A stretch of 64,000 nt of DNA from Candidatus Iainarchaeum sp. (GTDB lineage Archaea > Iainarchaeota > Iainarchaeia > Iainarchaeales > UBA10219). The notes under the pieces are model-generated. The model was not told the origin of the DNA. It worked only from the letters and a program-made list of their open reading frames with translations, and did not search any database. A program made the translations under genes and the position numbers. Shown here piece after piece: positions 46,972 through 57,464 of this stretch; within the stretch, counting starts at the first letter, position 1, and every line of letters begins with the position of its first letter. The stretch is from assembly GCA_018304425.1 (NCBI GenBank), contig JAGVWE010000006.1, forward strand, positions 3,175 to 67,174, in the 5' to 3' direction.

Positions 46972-48701
46972 TGAATCACGATTTCCACAAATGGTTGAAG
47001 GGTGTTGTCGTCAGCGTAATAATTTTTGCCATCAAAATCCAGTTTATAAACGGTTACCGGTCCCGCGTCAAATACTTTGTCAAAGTTGGGGTTGCGCAGA
47101 TGTGAGTATTTTCGTTTAATCCAGTCAGTCGTTTGCCCAAAGTTTATAATATTTGCATTCTCTTCGCCTGCAACAATAACATGCCGTATGTCAAATGACT
47201 TGAGGTACGATATCGCTTCCTTGATGTTGCCCTTCCACACGCCGGTAAGTCTCCTAAAATTCTCGCCGTGGGGCGGATACAGGGAGGTTATTTCATCGGT
47301 TGCGACGGCATTGAAATCCTTTAAATAGCCAGAGGAGTCACTTTCCAAAATGGTTTTGTACTCGGTCATTTTCGCTAAATCACTTGAATCCGAGACTTTA
47401 AAACCAATTATGTAAAGGTTTGAGGCAAAGACTGTTAAAAGGAAGACTGACACGATTAATTTTAAACCGAGCGAAAAATTAATGCCTTTAAACCATTCAA
47501 CAATCGGCAACGAAAGCCTTCCTAGCCTGTAATCCCCTGAAAATTCTTTAAAGCCAAAGATAGCCAGAATGACGAGGGGCAAAATCAATTCGCTTTCAAA
47601 GCGATACATGAAAAAATCCAGGCCCAGAACGGCGTTCCTTGAAAGAAATGAAGCCGAGACAAACAAGGCGATGACAAAGAGCTCTGCGCTGGATGGCTTC
47701 CTTGACAATAATCCATGGAAATAGTAAAAAACAAAATAAAACCCGATTAAATAAACGATTCCGGGGAAGGTCCAGCTAACGGGGAAAACAAGCAGCAGTA
47801 GAGAGATACAGCCCAGCCAAAAAACGAGTTTTTGCTGAAAAGAACTTGTCCTCCCACTATGCAAATAAGCGTAAATGGCGTAAGTCAGTATTATGCTCGA
47901 AACAAAAACAATTAAACCGAGTTTTGATGGATACATGGTCAGCGAAAGATTGTAGAGGCCGTAAATGGTAGTCGAATAATTAAAATAAGCGGGTAAAACC
48001 AAATCCATCAGGGTGCGAAAAGCATTAATTCCAACGAAGGCAAGCCCTAGCATGGCCGCCAAAAAAGTGAGTGGTCGCCTTTCAACCGCATGATGAGCTG
48101 CAAACACAACTAACAGAAAAATGAACAGCGCAACAGTTGCAACAAGGAAAGTTATTTCGTGTGAAAACGCAATTAGGCCAAACAAGAACGAAGCAAAAAG
48201 CAAATACTTGAATTTAGGCTTAAGCTTTCTAATATCAGACGTGTCCAACGCGCCAAGAAATTTTGTGCACGCAAAAGTAAATCCTGCCATGAAAATACCT
48301 GCAAACATTTGCCTTAGTGCCACGGTTATGAGATTGAATTGGTATGCATTGAAAACGAATACGAAACTGGCGAGAACCGATAAAGCCACGCTCTTTGTTA
48401 GAAACCTTGCAAGGAAAAAGAATACAACCAATCCAAAAATAAAGACCAGCTTGCTTGCTCGTATAGTGTTTAATGAATCAAGTCCAGTGATTTTCTGTAA
48501 AAAATTTGTGAACGCATTAAAGCCCATTTGCAGCGAAGAATTTGGCTGAGCGCGCAATTGGTAAACATAATACGCTACGTCGTTAAGGGCGTATTCCTGC
48601 AAGGGCGTTGGTGCCGCCCTATAAACAAAGGCACCTATAACTAAGGCCAGCAAGACCATGGCGAGAAAAGACCTTTTAAGCAATTTAACCCCTTCAATCA
48701 A
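46968..48701 (-). CDS. polytopic membrane protein, probable GT-C fold
   Basis: Many TM helices, first-loop ND, FMYRF, soluble C-domain ending FDKVFD..VTVYK. AT-rich DNA. Confidence 0.7.
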   Translation of the reverse strand: MIEGVKLLKRSFLAMVLLALVIGAFVYRAAPTPLQEYALNDVAYYVYQLRAQPNSSLQMGFNAFTNFLQKITGLDSLNTIRASKLVFIFGLVVFFFLARFLTKSVALSVLASFVFVFNAYQFNLITVALRQMFAGIFMAGFTFACTKFLGALDTSDIRKLKPKFKYLLFASFLFGLIAFSHEITFLVATVALFIFLLVVFAAHHAVERRPLTFLAAMLGLAFVGINAFRTLMDLVLPAYFNYSTTIYGLYNLSLTMYPSKLGLIVFVSSIILTYAIYAYLHSGRTSSFQQKLVFWLGCISLLLLVFPVSWTFPGIVYLIGFYFVFYYFHGLLSRKPSSAELFVIALFVSASFLSRNAVLGLDFFMYRFESELILPLVILAIFGFKEFSGDYRLGRLSLPIVEWFKGINFSLGLKLIVSVFLLTVFASNLYIIGFKVSDSSDLAKMTEYKTILESDSSGYLKDFNAVATDEITSLYPPHGENFRRLTGVWKGNIKEAISYLKSFDIRHVIVAGEENANIINFGQTTDWIKRKYSHLRNPNFDKVFDAGPVTVYKLDFDGKNYYADDNTLQPFVEIVIQ

Positions 48702-48811
48702 TTAGAATGCAGTGAATTTATTAATTGCTTTTCGACGGGAAGCCGTGCGATTTTAAACTTTGTTGCTCAAGGGCATTAAAAAGGCTAACGCCCAAGTCAT
48801 TCAATGATAGC

Positions 48812-49924
48812 ATGAAGTTCGTGCTCGTAATTCCAAATTATTTTCCTGCCGTATTCGGGGCAGAAAAGGCACTGCAAGAAACCTGCGAGTATTTGGCAAA
48901 AAAACACGAGGTTCACGTCATTACGCGGCAATTCGATGGAACGCCTGCGGAAGCCGAAATGAATGGCGTGAAAATCCATCGCGTGTTTCCCTGCATCGGT
49001 TTCCAAACAATCAACCACCGATTTTATGCTGCGTTGTTTTTTCCAAGTGCTTGGCTGAAATTGTTTAAATTGGGAAAAGATGCAATGATACTGAGCCAGG
49101 GATTCAGCGCCAACTTGGCGGGGTCCGTTTACTCACGAGTGAGTGGCCAGCCACTCATTATTTTTTTCCAAGGTGGCGACATGGGAGATTATACCGAGCA
49201 CGCCATTCCGTTCAGCGATATTTTGATGGGGTTCATTGTGCGTTCCGCAAGGAAGGCAGTTTGCGTAAGCAATTATGTGGCAAAAAGGGTTTCGATTTTC
49301 CGGCCAAGGGCTTGCGTCATTGTGCCAAACGGCGTGGATCTACACAAATTCACGCCAACCAAGCAGAAGGACGGCAAGCCACGGGTGCTTTTGAGTGTCT
49401 CGAGGCTCACCCCCAAAAATGGCTTGGACTTGGTCATCCAGGCATTGCCCCTTGTTAGGGACATCGATTTTTGGGTGGTGGGCGAAGGAGATCAAAGAGG
49501 AGCACTTGAAGGCTTGGCAAAAAAACTGGGAGTCGCTGAGCGAGTACGGTTTCTTGGCTATGTCCCGCATGACCGGCTAAATGAGTATCTACATAAAGCC
49601 CATGCCTTTATTAGAGTGTCTAGGGACGAAGGATTCGGGATTGCTTATTTGGAGGCAATGGCGGCTGGGATTCCCATCATTTCAACTGGAGTCGGTGGGA
49701 TAGCGGAGTTTGCGGTGTACGAGAAATGCGCGTTTGAGCCGGAAAGCATTGCAAACGCAATCCAGCAAGTTGTTGGTAATACAACCGTTTCAGAAAGGTT
49801 GGCAAGAGAAGGGCTGCAGAAAGCCAAAGAATTCGCGCAAGAAGAGATCTGCAAAAAAATTGAAGCAGAACTACTCGAGGTGAGGGATTGGGGGAAAGAA
49901 AGGCAAATTCTGTTGAGCCATTAA
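48812..49924 (+). CDS. GT4 glycosyltransferase
   Basis: FGAE, PNGVD, SRLTPKNG, EGFGIAYLEAMAAG. Confidence 0.92.
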   Translation: MKFVLVIPNYFPAVFGAEKALQETCEYLAKKHEVHVITRQFDGTPAEAEMNGVKIHRVFPCIGFQTINHRFYAALFFPSAWLKLFKLGKDAMILSQGFSANLAGSVYSRVSGQPLIIFFQGGDMGDYTEHAIPFSDILMGFIVRSARKAVCVSNYVAKRVSIFRPRACVIVPNGVDLHKFTPTKQKDGKPRVLLSVSRLTPKNGLDLVIQALPLVRDIDFWVVGEGDQRGALEGLAKKLGVAERVRFLGYVPHDRLNEYLHKAHAFIRVSRDEGFGIAYLEAMAAGIPIISTGVGGIAEFAVYEKCAFEPESIANAIQQVVGNTTVSERLAREGLQKAKEFAQEEICKKIEAELLEVRDWGKERQILLSH

Positions 49925-50640
49925 CCACTGGAAACTTGGCAAAATTGTATTGCTTAAATTGGATGGAACAATACATCCGCAAAAACGGGGGAAAAGCAAC
50001 GATTCTAGACTTAGGCTGTGGGGAAGCCCTCAACTTTGCCCGGTTGTTGAGCACCTGTCCTCGGATTAGGTACGTTGGAATTGAACCATCAGAAGAGTCG
50101 TGCCGCAAAGCACGACACAACCTGCAAGGCCTCCCTACAACCATAATCCACGCAAACGCGTATACTGCTTATGAACAACTGAAGGAAAAATTTGATTTGG
50201 TGGTGTCTTTCAGCACCTTTGAACACGTGTATCGACGCCTCAGTTACCTTGAAGCCGCCAAACACTGCCTAAAGGAAGATGGCTATTTCCTGATAAACTA
50301 TGATGCAGGTCATTTCCTGCAAGGCAAGGAATGGCTCAAAAACATGGTGGGCCCTCTGCTTGCTAACCTTGGCATCGAACGTTATTTCCAAGCCTTCATC
50401 AGGGAGGAGGAGTTCCTTGCACTAGTCAAAAAAGCAGGGTTTGAAGTGATGGAAGCAAAATCCTTTAACACGCGGTTGAAGGAGGTCTATAAAATCATTC
50501 CGGCTTCCAAACAACCCGCTTTCATGGAAAAGTGGCTCGAATTCGAGGTATGGCTGAACAGCCTAGGAATCGGCTATAATGACGGTATGGCTCCGGTTTT
50601 TGGGACACGTAACTTTATACTCAAACACAAAAGCCGCTAA
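49888..50640 (+). CDS. class I SAM-dependent methyltransferase
   Basis: ILDLGCG, FDLVVSFSTFEHV, LKEDG. Confidence 0.88.
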   Translation: MGERKANSVEPLTTGNLAKLYCLNWMEQYIRKNGGKATILDLGCGEALNFARLLSTCPRIRYVGIEPSEESCRKARHNLQGLPTTIIHANAYTAYEQLKEKFDLVVSFSTFEHVYRRLSYLEAAKHCLKEDGYFLINYDAGHFLQGKEWLKNMVGPLLANLGIERYFQAFIREEEFLALVKKAGFEVMEAKSFNTRLKEVYKIIPASKQPAFMEKWLEFEVWLNSLGIGYNDGMAPVFGTRNFILKHKSR

Positions 50641-50741
50641 TGCATACACTTATGTAACCCCTCTGCGTGTTTGCCGCCCCATCATGGCCAGAATGTAAGG
50701 GGGGTAAAGTCGAATAGGTCTCTAAGCCGGGGCATAGGGCG

Positions 50742-52229
50742 TCAATGAGCCACCCGCTTATTTTTCTTGAGACTCGTAGACAAGAAGAAACCAGCAACAA
50801 ACCCGGCGAGCCCAAGATAGTTATAAATGATTTGATTGGGAGCATGGACAGGGGAAACTTCCACTCGTTTCGCTATTTCCTCGGTTGTCGCCGCGTTGTT
50901 TGCCTCGAATTGGGAAAATTGCGAAACGCGGGTATCATGCGAAAGGAAGGCATCTAGGTTTGCTGATTGGGTGTAGGCATAAAGCATCTTGTCCGCATGA
51001 AAGGCTCCCACTAGGGCAAACCAACCGACAAGGAGGAATAAGGAAAGGGAAATGGCTGGCCCTGAAATAAAAGACGGAGCCTTTACAACTAAGGCAAAGG
51101 CAACGTACAGCAAGAGGAGCAAAGAGTTAAACAATAAATATTTCGGAAAAAGCTGGTAGAGAGCAAAATCAAGAAGCACTGCAAACAGCAATAAAAACAG
51201 CCATTTATGGCGGCTATTGTTTGCCAGGTTATAGAAGGTGTTAACGCCGCTGCCAAGCATTAAAACAAATAATGGGATAGTAGGGGTAATATAGCGAACT
51301 AAGTCGAAATGGTCTATCGAAAATTTAGAAACAATAACCCAATACAGGGTGACCAGCACGATTGACAATGAAAACATAGGAGACTTTCTTGATTGCCCCC
51401 ACCCCAAGAGCGCGAGCAAAAACAGGAAAGAGGAATTGAACAAAAAAACGGCCAGAAACCCGACAAATGCAAAAGCGTTGTAAAAAATATCACGGTGGGT
51501 GTAGATGGGGTGTGCATCCGTCAGGTAAACGTCTGAACGGTTCGGCACGATGAATTGGCTCCAATAAAAATGGATAAACACAGCGATGAGCACGAAAATA
51601 ACAAGGTAACCAAGGAGGGCATGTATGCTAAAGGGAAATCCGCTGTTCCTTTTGCGCAGTTCAATTACGGAGTAGAGAAGCAGAATGCCTCCAATTAGGA
51701 GGTTCTCTGGACGGGTGAACATGAAAGCGCCGACCAATACGGCAAAAATGGGGAATTGGCGGGGGCTCTCAAGAACCTTTTGATGAAACAACAGAACGGC
51801 AACAAAAAGGCTTAAATTCACTGCCAAGGACAGCGGTGCATTGAGCCAGGGAGGAACGAGCAACAAAAGGACGACCACTGAAAAAAAGGCAAACAAATCA
51901 TCTTTTAAGAAGCGCAAGGCAAGCGCGAAAAAGGCAAAAAATAACAGGATAGCTGAGAAAATAATAGGCACATGCAGGGAAAGAATGGTATCGCCAAAAA
52001 AGACTGTTGACATGGCAATGAGAATGGGGTAGAGGGGTGAATCCCATTGGTACGCAAGCCCTCTTTGAACAGGTGCATATTCACCCTGCAAAAAACCAAC
52101 CGCGGCCGATCTATAACGAAAGGAATCATCCAACATTATAGGCCTGTCAAGCCAAATACGCCCCAGCACGAGCAGACCCAGAATAATCAAGTAGAATAGC
52201 CTGTGCTGACCCCCCTCACCAAGCCCCAT
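50742..52229 (-). CDS. polytopic membrane protein, probable GT-C glycosyltransferase
   Basis: First-loop DD (LDDSFRY), PLYP, TRPE, RYITP. Confidence 0.72.
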   Translation of the reverse strand: MGLGEGGQHRLFYLIILGLLVLGRIWLDRPIMLDDSFRYRSAAVGFLQGEYAPVQRGLAYQWDSPLYPILIAMSTVFFGDTILSLHVPIIFSAILLFFAFFALALRFLKDDLFAFFSVVVLLLLVPPWLNAPLSLAVNLSLFVAVLLFHQKVLESPRQFPIFAVLVGAFMFTRPENLLIGGILLLYSVIELRKRNSGFPFSIHALLGYLVIFVLIAVFIHFYWSQFIVPNRSDVYLTDAHPIYTHRDIFYNAFAFVGFLAVFLFNSSFLFLLALLGWGQSRKSPMFSLSIVLVTLYWVIVSKFSIDHFDLVRYITPTIPLFVLMLGSGVNTFYNLANNSRHKWLFLLLFAVLLDFALYQLFPKYLLFNSLLLLLYVAFALVVKAPSFISGPAISLSLFLLVGWFALVGAFHADKMLYAYTQSANLDAFLSHDTRVSQFSQFEANNAATTEEIAKRVEVSPVHAPNQIIYNYLGLAGFVAGFFLSTSLKKNKRVAH

Positions 52230-52327
52230 TATAGTATTGCGGGCTGAACGCTTAAAATGCTATCCGTAAGTCAGTTTATAGCTTTATAACCCCCTATAAA
52301 AATTTAAAATGGTGGCTGCGGAGTAGT

Positions 52328-53494
52328 ATGCTAATGAACCGAGAACTGAAAATAGGCCTCATGATTTCCATTGCAACAATCTTGCTTTTCTTCTTGGCAT
52401 TGGAAATCGTTCTCCGAATCGTTTATCCGGATAACCCGGAAATGTTATGGCAACCAGACCAGGAATTATGGATCGTGCATGCCCCCAATTTTACAACAAC
52501 GATTAAAGCTCCCTATGGAGAAACAAGAGTTACCACGAATTCATTTGGCATGCGGGACAAGGAAATCATGCCCAAACAGCTTGGGCAGTATAGAATCCTG
52601 GTGGTGGGGGATAGTATAACGTTTGGGCTTGGAATAGCGTTGGATGAAACCTATCCAAGGGTGTTGGAAAGGAAACTCAAGGCGGCCCTTCCGACGAAAA
52701 ACATCGAGGTGTTGAATTTTGGCATACCTGCCTACGGCACGGACAGGGAACTTATCTACCTAAAATACCACATTGACAGAATACAGCCCGATTTGATTGT
52801 GCTTGGATTTTACGTGGCTAATGATATATCCGACAATCTTGCCGGGCAGCGGTTCCGCGTGGAGGGGGGCAGACTCATCAAAAACACTGAATACCTTGAC
52901 AACAAAATCGAATTGAGAAGGGCGAGCTATCAACTGAAGAAAACCTTCTATTCGTACGCATGGCTCTCTGATAGGCTGTATTTCCTAATCCGAGTCATTA
53001 ACGAGTGGATTAACCTGCATGTTCCGGTGCGGCTGGACGAGAGCATATTCAGATACGAACTGCTGCTAAAGGACACCCCACCTCGAATCTTGGAGGGGTG
53101 GAAGCTCACTGCTGCGTTGGTCGGTGAAATGGCTTCCACAGCCAAGGCCCATGGCGCTGAATTCATGATGCTGATTATCCCGGACGATATACAATACGAT
53201 CGAAGAAAGTGGGAGCAGATGAAGGCGGTGGCCAACCTCCGCGATGCGGATGTTGATTTGAATAAATCGGTTGAAGAGGCATTAGCTATGTGCACCCGAT
53301 TGGAGGTGAATTGTATCAATCTGCTTCCAAGGTTTAAGGAGGAACGCGAGCCTCTTACGTGGGAGAATGATCCACATGCAAACGTCAGAGGCCATGAAGT
53401 TATGGCAGACGGGCTTGCCAAACATTTAATTGAATTGGGAATACTGGAAATCAGCATAGCTCCTTCAACGACCGAACAACAGTACAAATCGTAA
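52328..53494 (+). CDS. membrane-anchored SGNH/GDSL protein (acetyltransferase/esterase-like)
   Basis: N-terminal TM. NSFGMRD, GDSITFG, NFG, ND, DPHANVRGH. Confidence 0.9.
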   Translation: MLMNRELKIGLMISIATILLFFLALEIVLRIVYPDNPEMLWQPDQELWIVHAPNFTTTIKAPYGETRVTTNSFGMRDKEIMPKQLGQYRILVVGDSITFGLGIALDETYPRVLERKLKAALPTKNIEVLNFGIPAYGTDRELIYLKYHIDRIQPDLIVLGFYVANDISDNLAGQRFRVEGGRLIKNTEYLDNKIELRRASYQLKKTFYSYAWLSDRLYFLIRVINEWINLHVPVRLDESIFRYELLLKDTPPRILEGWKLTAALVGEMASTAKAHGAEFMMLIIPDDIQYDRRKWEQMKAVANLRDADVDLNKSVEEALAMCTRLEVNCINLLPRFKEEREPLTWENDPHANVRGHEVMADGLAKHLIELGILEISIAPSTTEQQYKS

Positions 53495-54148
53495 ACTTCT
53501 CCAACCATCCCTGATGGTTCGCAGCTTGGAAGGAGCTCGGCGTGGATAATAAGGGGTTGGAATCTCTGTCTCTTTTAGGCCGAGCCTTGCAGCCCGAATG
53601 CAAAGTTCCAAGGCAAACTCCATACCTTTGGCCCTTGGATTCATCCTCTCAAAGGCATCCCTTGTAAAAGCCCTTAAACCACAGTAACTATCGTTTGCCT
53701 TTGAACCGGACATCAACTTTACCATCAGGGACAGCAAGGGGTTTCCGATGGCCTGGTGGAGGAAGGGCATTGCGTTCGGCTTAATGCCCCCCTTGAAACG
53801 ATTACCGACTACATAGTCATAGCCGCTCTCAAGGGCTCTCACAAACTTCGGCAAATCGTTTACCTCATAGGTTCCATCACTGTCAACCATGACAATGAAT
53901 CTGCCAGAGGAGGCCTGTATGGCTGAAAGGTAGGCATTGCCATAGCCGAGACCGTCAACCCCAACAACCCTTGCCCCAAGCTTCCCGGCAATTTCTGGGG
54001 AACCATCGGTCGAGCCGCAGTCACCCACAACAACCTCGCCTTTAAGATGGTGGCTCCGAAATACCTTCCAAGCAGTCTCAATACATTTACCAATCGTTGC
54101 CGCCTCATTGAGGCAGGGAAGGATTAGGGAGACCGTAGGCGTGGGCAT
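53465..54148 (-). CDS. GT2 glycosyltransferase (DPM-like), catalytic domain only
   Basis: LPCLNE, STDGS, GYG, DSDGTY, VGNRF, MEFA. Ends where its paralog's TM region begins. Confidence 0.88.
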   Translation of the reverse strand: MPTPTVSLILPCLNEAATIGKCIETAWKVFRSHHLKGEVVVGDCGSTDGSPEIAGKLGARVVGVDGLGYGNAYLSAIQASSGRFIVMVDSDGTYEVNDLPKFVRALESGYDYVVGNRFKGGIKPNAMPFLHQAIGNPLLSLMVKLMSGSKANDSYCGLRAFTRDAFERMNPRAKGMEFALELCIRAARLGLKETEIPTPYYPRRAPSKLRTIRDGWRSLRFVLLFGR

Positions 54149-54228
54149 ACCTGTATTTGGATGACTAAACCTTAAAAGATGGGGTGTCAGAATCCAGTAT
54201 CCATTACATGGTGAGTGGCAAAGGCGAA

Positions 54229-55362
54229 TTAGCCATTCACCATTTCAATCATCTGCTGAATGTGGTGTAACCAATCCAATTTTCCTTCGATACATTTTCT
54301 TGCATTCAAGGAAAGCCGCGATAGCAGAGGCCTGTCGGCCTGCAGCAACCGCGCTTTTTCAACAATAGCTTGAACATCTGGTTTAACGAGGAAACCGTTC
54401 ACTTCATTCTGAATTATTTCTCTTTGGCCACCGGCATCCGTGGCAATGACTGGCAACCCGCTTGACAAGGCCTCAAGAACCGCCAAGGGAAACCCTTCCC
54501 CGCTCCGCGAAGGCAAGACAAACAAGTCCGCTGCCTGATAATGGGCTGGCAATTGCTCGTCGGAAACAAACCCCAGCACACGAAAGTTCGGCAAACCACT
54601 GGCGGCTGCAAGGATTTTGGCTTTGTCGGGGCCGTTTCCCGCCACCAAGAAAAGCAAGTCCTCCCTGTCTTTCAGTTGCCTGGCGGCCCCCAAAAGAAAG
54701 TCAATTCCGTTCTTGAAGGAAAGCGTGCGCACGGTGAAAACAACGAACTTGTCCAATGGAATGCCCAGGGTTTTCCGCACTGTCGCCTTGTCTTTGGCGG
54801 GAGCGAATTTCTGCAGGTCCACGCCATTGTAAAGAACGACTGTACGCGCCGCCGGACACACGGTTTTCACATAGGTCTCGGTTGCCTTGCTCACACACAC
54901 CACTTTCTTGGCGGCCGAAAGGCTGTAACGGCCAACCAGCCAGTCGTTCAGGCGTTCCAGCCAGTTGAGTGGAAAAGGATACTCAATGAAGGTGTTGTGC
55001 TGCACGAGGAAGAAAGGCTTTCCGGCTTTTCTTGCGGCACGGGCGGCAAGAAAGGAGGAAAGATAGGGGTGTCCATGCGCCAAGACCACGTCGGCCCACC
55101 GGGTTTTCTCGGCGAGAATGTATGGGAGGCGGGGATGGAAGAAAATGTAGGCCGGTCCAAAACCCCACAATGGATTGAAGCAGGGCACGCGCGTAACGTG
55201 AAAGCTCTCCATTCCTTCCTCAGGAAGGACATTGTCGCGGTTGGAAGTTACCACGCACACCCCGTGGCCTTGCCCAGCAAGGCCCTTGGCTTGCTCATAG
55301 GCCACTCGTTCAATGCCACCGGGATGGGGCGGAAACGAATGCGTGACGATGAGTATGTTCAT
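54229..55362 (-). CDS. GT4 glycosyltransferase
   Basis: GGIE, YNGVD, KNGI, EGFPLAVLEALSSG. Confidence 0.92.
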   Translation of the reverse strand: MNILIVTHSFPPHPGGIERVAYEQAKGLAGQGHGVCVVTSNRDNVLPEEGMESFHVTRVPCFNPLWGFGPAYIFFHPRLPYILAEKTRWADVVLAHGHPYLSSFLAARAARKAGKPFFLVQHNTFIEYPFPLNWLERLNDWLVGRYSLSAAKKVVCVSKATETYVKTVCPAARTVVLYNGVDLQKFAPAKDKATVRKTLGIPLDKFVVFTVRTLSFKNGIDFLLGAARQLKDREDLLFLVAGNGPDKAKILAAASGLPNFRVLGFVSDEQLPAHYQAADLFVLPSRSGEGFPLAVLEALSSGLPVIATDAGGQREIIQNEVNGFLVKPDVQAIVEKARLLQADRPLLSRLSLNARKCIEGKLDWLHHIQQMIEMVNG

Positions 55363-55368
55363 GCCAAT

Positions 55369-56517
55369 CTACTTCTTGATTCCGACGATGCTCAGGAAAA
55401 AAGCATTGAAAACGACTTGAACGCCCAGTATGGCCGCAATGGAAAGCACCACAGCGCTCTTGAGTTCGTTGACTGAAATGATGCCATATTGCAGCCAGTC
55501 CACGAGCTTCCAAAAGCCAAAGGAAAGGGATACCAATAAGAGTAAGAAGCCCAGGAAAGCCGTTTTTTCGAGGTTAAAAAACTTGTTGACAAAGGCATAA
55601 AGGGCATCCTTTTGCTCATAACCTTCCACCACGGCATAGGACTTGGCCGAGATGCCAAAGGAAATTATTTGAAAACCAAGGAGAAACAAGAAGCCACCAA
55701 ACATCAACTGCAACACTTGAAAGAGGGGGTCCGCAGACCAAAAAACGGATAGTCCAAGCGAGTTAACTCCAAACGCCACAAACACCAACCCGGCAACCGC
55801 TAACAAGGTGCCGGGCAACACAAACAAATAATCAGGGCTAAACAATAACAGGAAGCGGATGTTCCTCCAACCGGCGCCAAACGTGCTGAGTTTCGAGGGC
55901 ACTTTCCTCGGCAAATAATGAACGGGAATCTCACAGGTCTTGAGACCTAGCTTGGCTGCTTTTATCCCCATTTCGGTTGCGAATTCCCATCCCCTTGCCT
56001 TCAAGTTCATGCGGTTGAATGCTTTCCTTGTAAAAGCACGAAAACCGCAGTGCGCGTCCCCCAAGGATGTCTTGAACATCGTGTTTTGCATAAAGGTCAG
56101 CAAAGGATTCCCAATGAACTGGTGCAGGAACGGCATGGCTCCCAGTGCAATGCCTCCCTTGAACCGGTTGCCGACTACATATTCATAGCCGCTTGCCAAC
56201 GCCTCCACAAATTTTGGGAGGTCAGCCAAGTCATAGGTGCCATCGCTGTCTGCCTTGACAATCCACTGGCCTTTCGCGGCTTCGACTCCGATTTTGTGGG
56301 CCAAGCCATAGCCACGATGCTTGTCCCGTATCACGCGGGCGCCCAGTTTTTCCGCGATTTTGTCAGAACCATCGGTTGAGCAACCATCCACCACAATGAT
56401 TTCGCCCTCGATTTTGTTTGCCTGGAACGCTTCTTTCGCCCTCTGAATACAATCACCAATGGTGAGGGCCTCGTTCAGGCAGGGCAGGATGAGTGAAACC
56501 TTTGGCATAACCGTCAT
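55369..56517 (-). CDS. GT2 glycosyltransferase (DPM-like) with C-terminal TM helices
   Basis: ATG 56517 overlaps the upstream stop. LPCLNE, DSDGTY, VGNRF, EFATE, about 4 TM helices. Confidence 0.9.
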   Translation of the reverse strand: MTVMPKVSLILPCLNEALTIGDCIQRAKEAFQANKIEGEIIVVDGCSTDGSDKIAEKLGARVIRDKHRGYGLAHKIGVEAAKGQWIVKADSDGTYDLADLPKFVEALASGYEYVVGNRFKGGIALGAMPFLHQFIGNPLLTFMQNTMFKTSLGDAHCGFRAFTRKAFNRMNLKARGWEFATEMGIKAAKLGLKTCEIPVHYLPRKVPSKLSTFGAGWRNIRFLLLFSPDYLFVLPGTLLAVAGLVFVAFGVNSLGLSVFWSADPLFQVLQLMFGGFLFLLGFQIISFGISAKSYAVVEGYEQKDALYAFVNKFFNLEKTAFLGFLLLLVSLSFGFWKLVDWLQYGIISVNELKSAVVLSIAAILGVQVVFNAFFLSIVGIKK

Positions 56518-57449
56518 CCGCTCAAGTTCTCCTTTACAGCCAGCCTCACAGCCTGCTCGCTGTTGTATTTGGGCGTGAAGCCGAGTTTGCGGAGAGCCGA
56601 AATGTCTAACATGTATTTTGGCACGTCTCCTGGCCAGCCGCTTCTGCCGCCGGTGTAGCGGAGCTTGACGTTTTCGAGCTTCATTTCCTCGCAAACGATT
56701 TCCGCGAGTTTCTTGATGACCAGCCAGTCCATGGAGCCAAGGTTGTAAACCGAGATAGGGGCTTTTTCGTGCCGGGCAATGTAAAGCATGGCGTTCACGC
56801 AGTCCGAGACATGCAGGAAGGGCTTGGACTGGTGGCCATCGCCCAGGATTTCGAGTTCGCGCGGGTTCTTGTGGAGCTTGGCCAGGAAGTCCGGGATGAC
56901 GCCATGCGTGGAGTTCTTTCCCACGATGTTGGCAAAGCGGAACAACCAGGCCTGCAAGCCGAACAGGTTCGCGTACGCGGAAACAAAGGCCTCGGCCCCC
57001 ACCTTGCTGGCGCCATACACCGACCAAGGAAAGACCGGCGCATAGCTCTCCGGAATCGGCAGCTGCCGGGCCTCGCCATAGACCGCGGAAGTCGAAGCAA
57101 AGGCCAGCTTCTTCACACCCGCCAAGCGCATGGCCTCCAAGACGTTCCAAGTGGCCAAGACGTTCTGCTCAAGGTCAACGTGGGTACGCGTGAAACCACC
57201 CCGCACATCCGCATTGGCCGCGAGGTGCCACACCAGGTCCTGACCCTTGACGGCCTTTTTTACGGCCGCCAAATTGAGTAGGTCGGCTTTCACGAGCTTA
57301 AAGGACTTGTTTTTCTCGAAGGGCTTGAGATAGGCCTTTCGGCCCGTACTAAAGTTGTCAAAGCAGGTGACTTCGTGGCCTTGCTGCAGCAACGCGGCGA
57401 CGAGGTGCGAACCGATGAACCCCGCGCCCCCGGTTACCAGTGCCTTCAT
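56514..57449 (-). CDS. UDP-glucose 4-epimerase-like SDR (GalE family)
   Basis: MKALVTGGAGFIGSHL, HLAANADV, STSAVYG, YGASK, RFANIVG, GWPGDV. Confidence 0.9.
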   Translation of the reverse strand: MKALVTGGAGFIGSHLVAALLQQGHEVTCFDNFSTGRKAYLKPFEKNKSFKLVKADLLNLAAVKKAVKGQDLVWHLAANADVRGGFTRTHVDLEQNVLATWNVLEAMRLAGVKKLAFASTSAVYGEARQLPIPESYAPVFPWSVYGASKVGAEAFVSAYANLFGLQAWLFRFANIVGKNSTHGVIPDFLAKLHKNPRELEILGDGHQSKPFLHVSDCVNAMLYIARHEKAPISVYNLGSMDWLVIKKLAEIVCEEMKLENVKLRYTGGRSGWPGDVPKYMLDISALRKLGFTPKYNSEQAVRLAVKENLSG

Positions 57450-57464
57450 GGCATAATTCCATGG

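Noticed and set aside
46968-48701. AglB/STT3 oligosaccharyltransferase
   Set aside because: No WWDxG motif in this or any other GT-C-like protein in the window.
50641-50741. Possible structured RNA or tRNA between convergent genes
   Set aside because: Only weak CCCCT/AGGGG pairing, with no tRNA arms or recognisable motif.
55369-57150. 593-aa ORF suggesting a GT2 with a long N-terminal extension
   Set aside because: The extension is an alternative frame of the galE-like gene. The real start is ATG 56517, coupled to that gene's stop.
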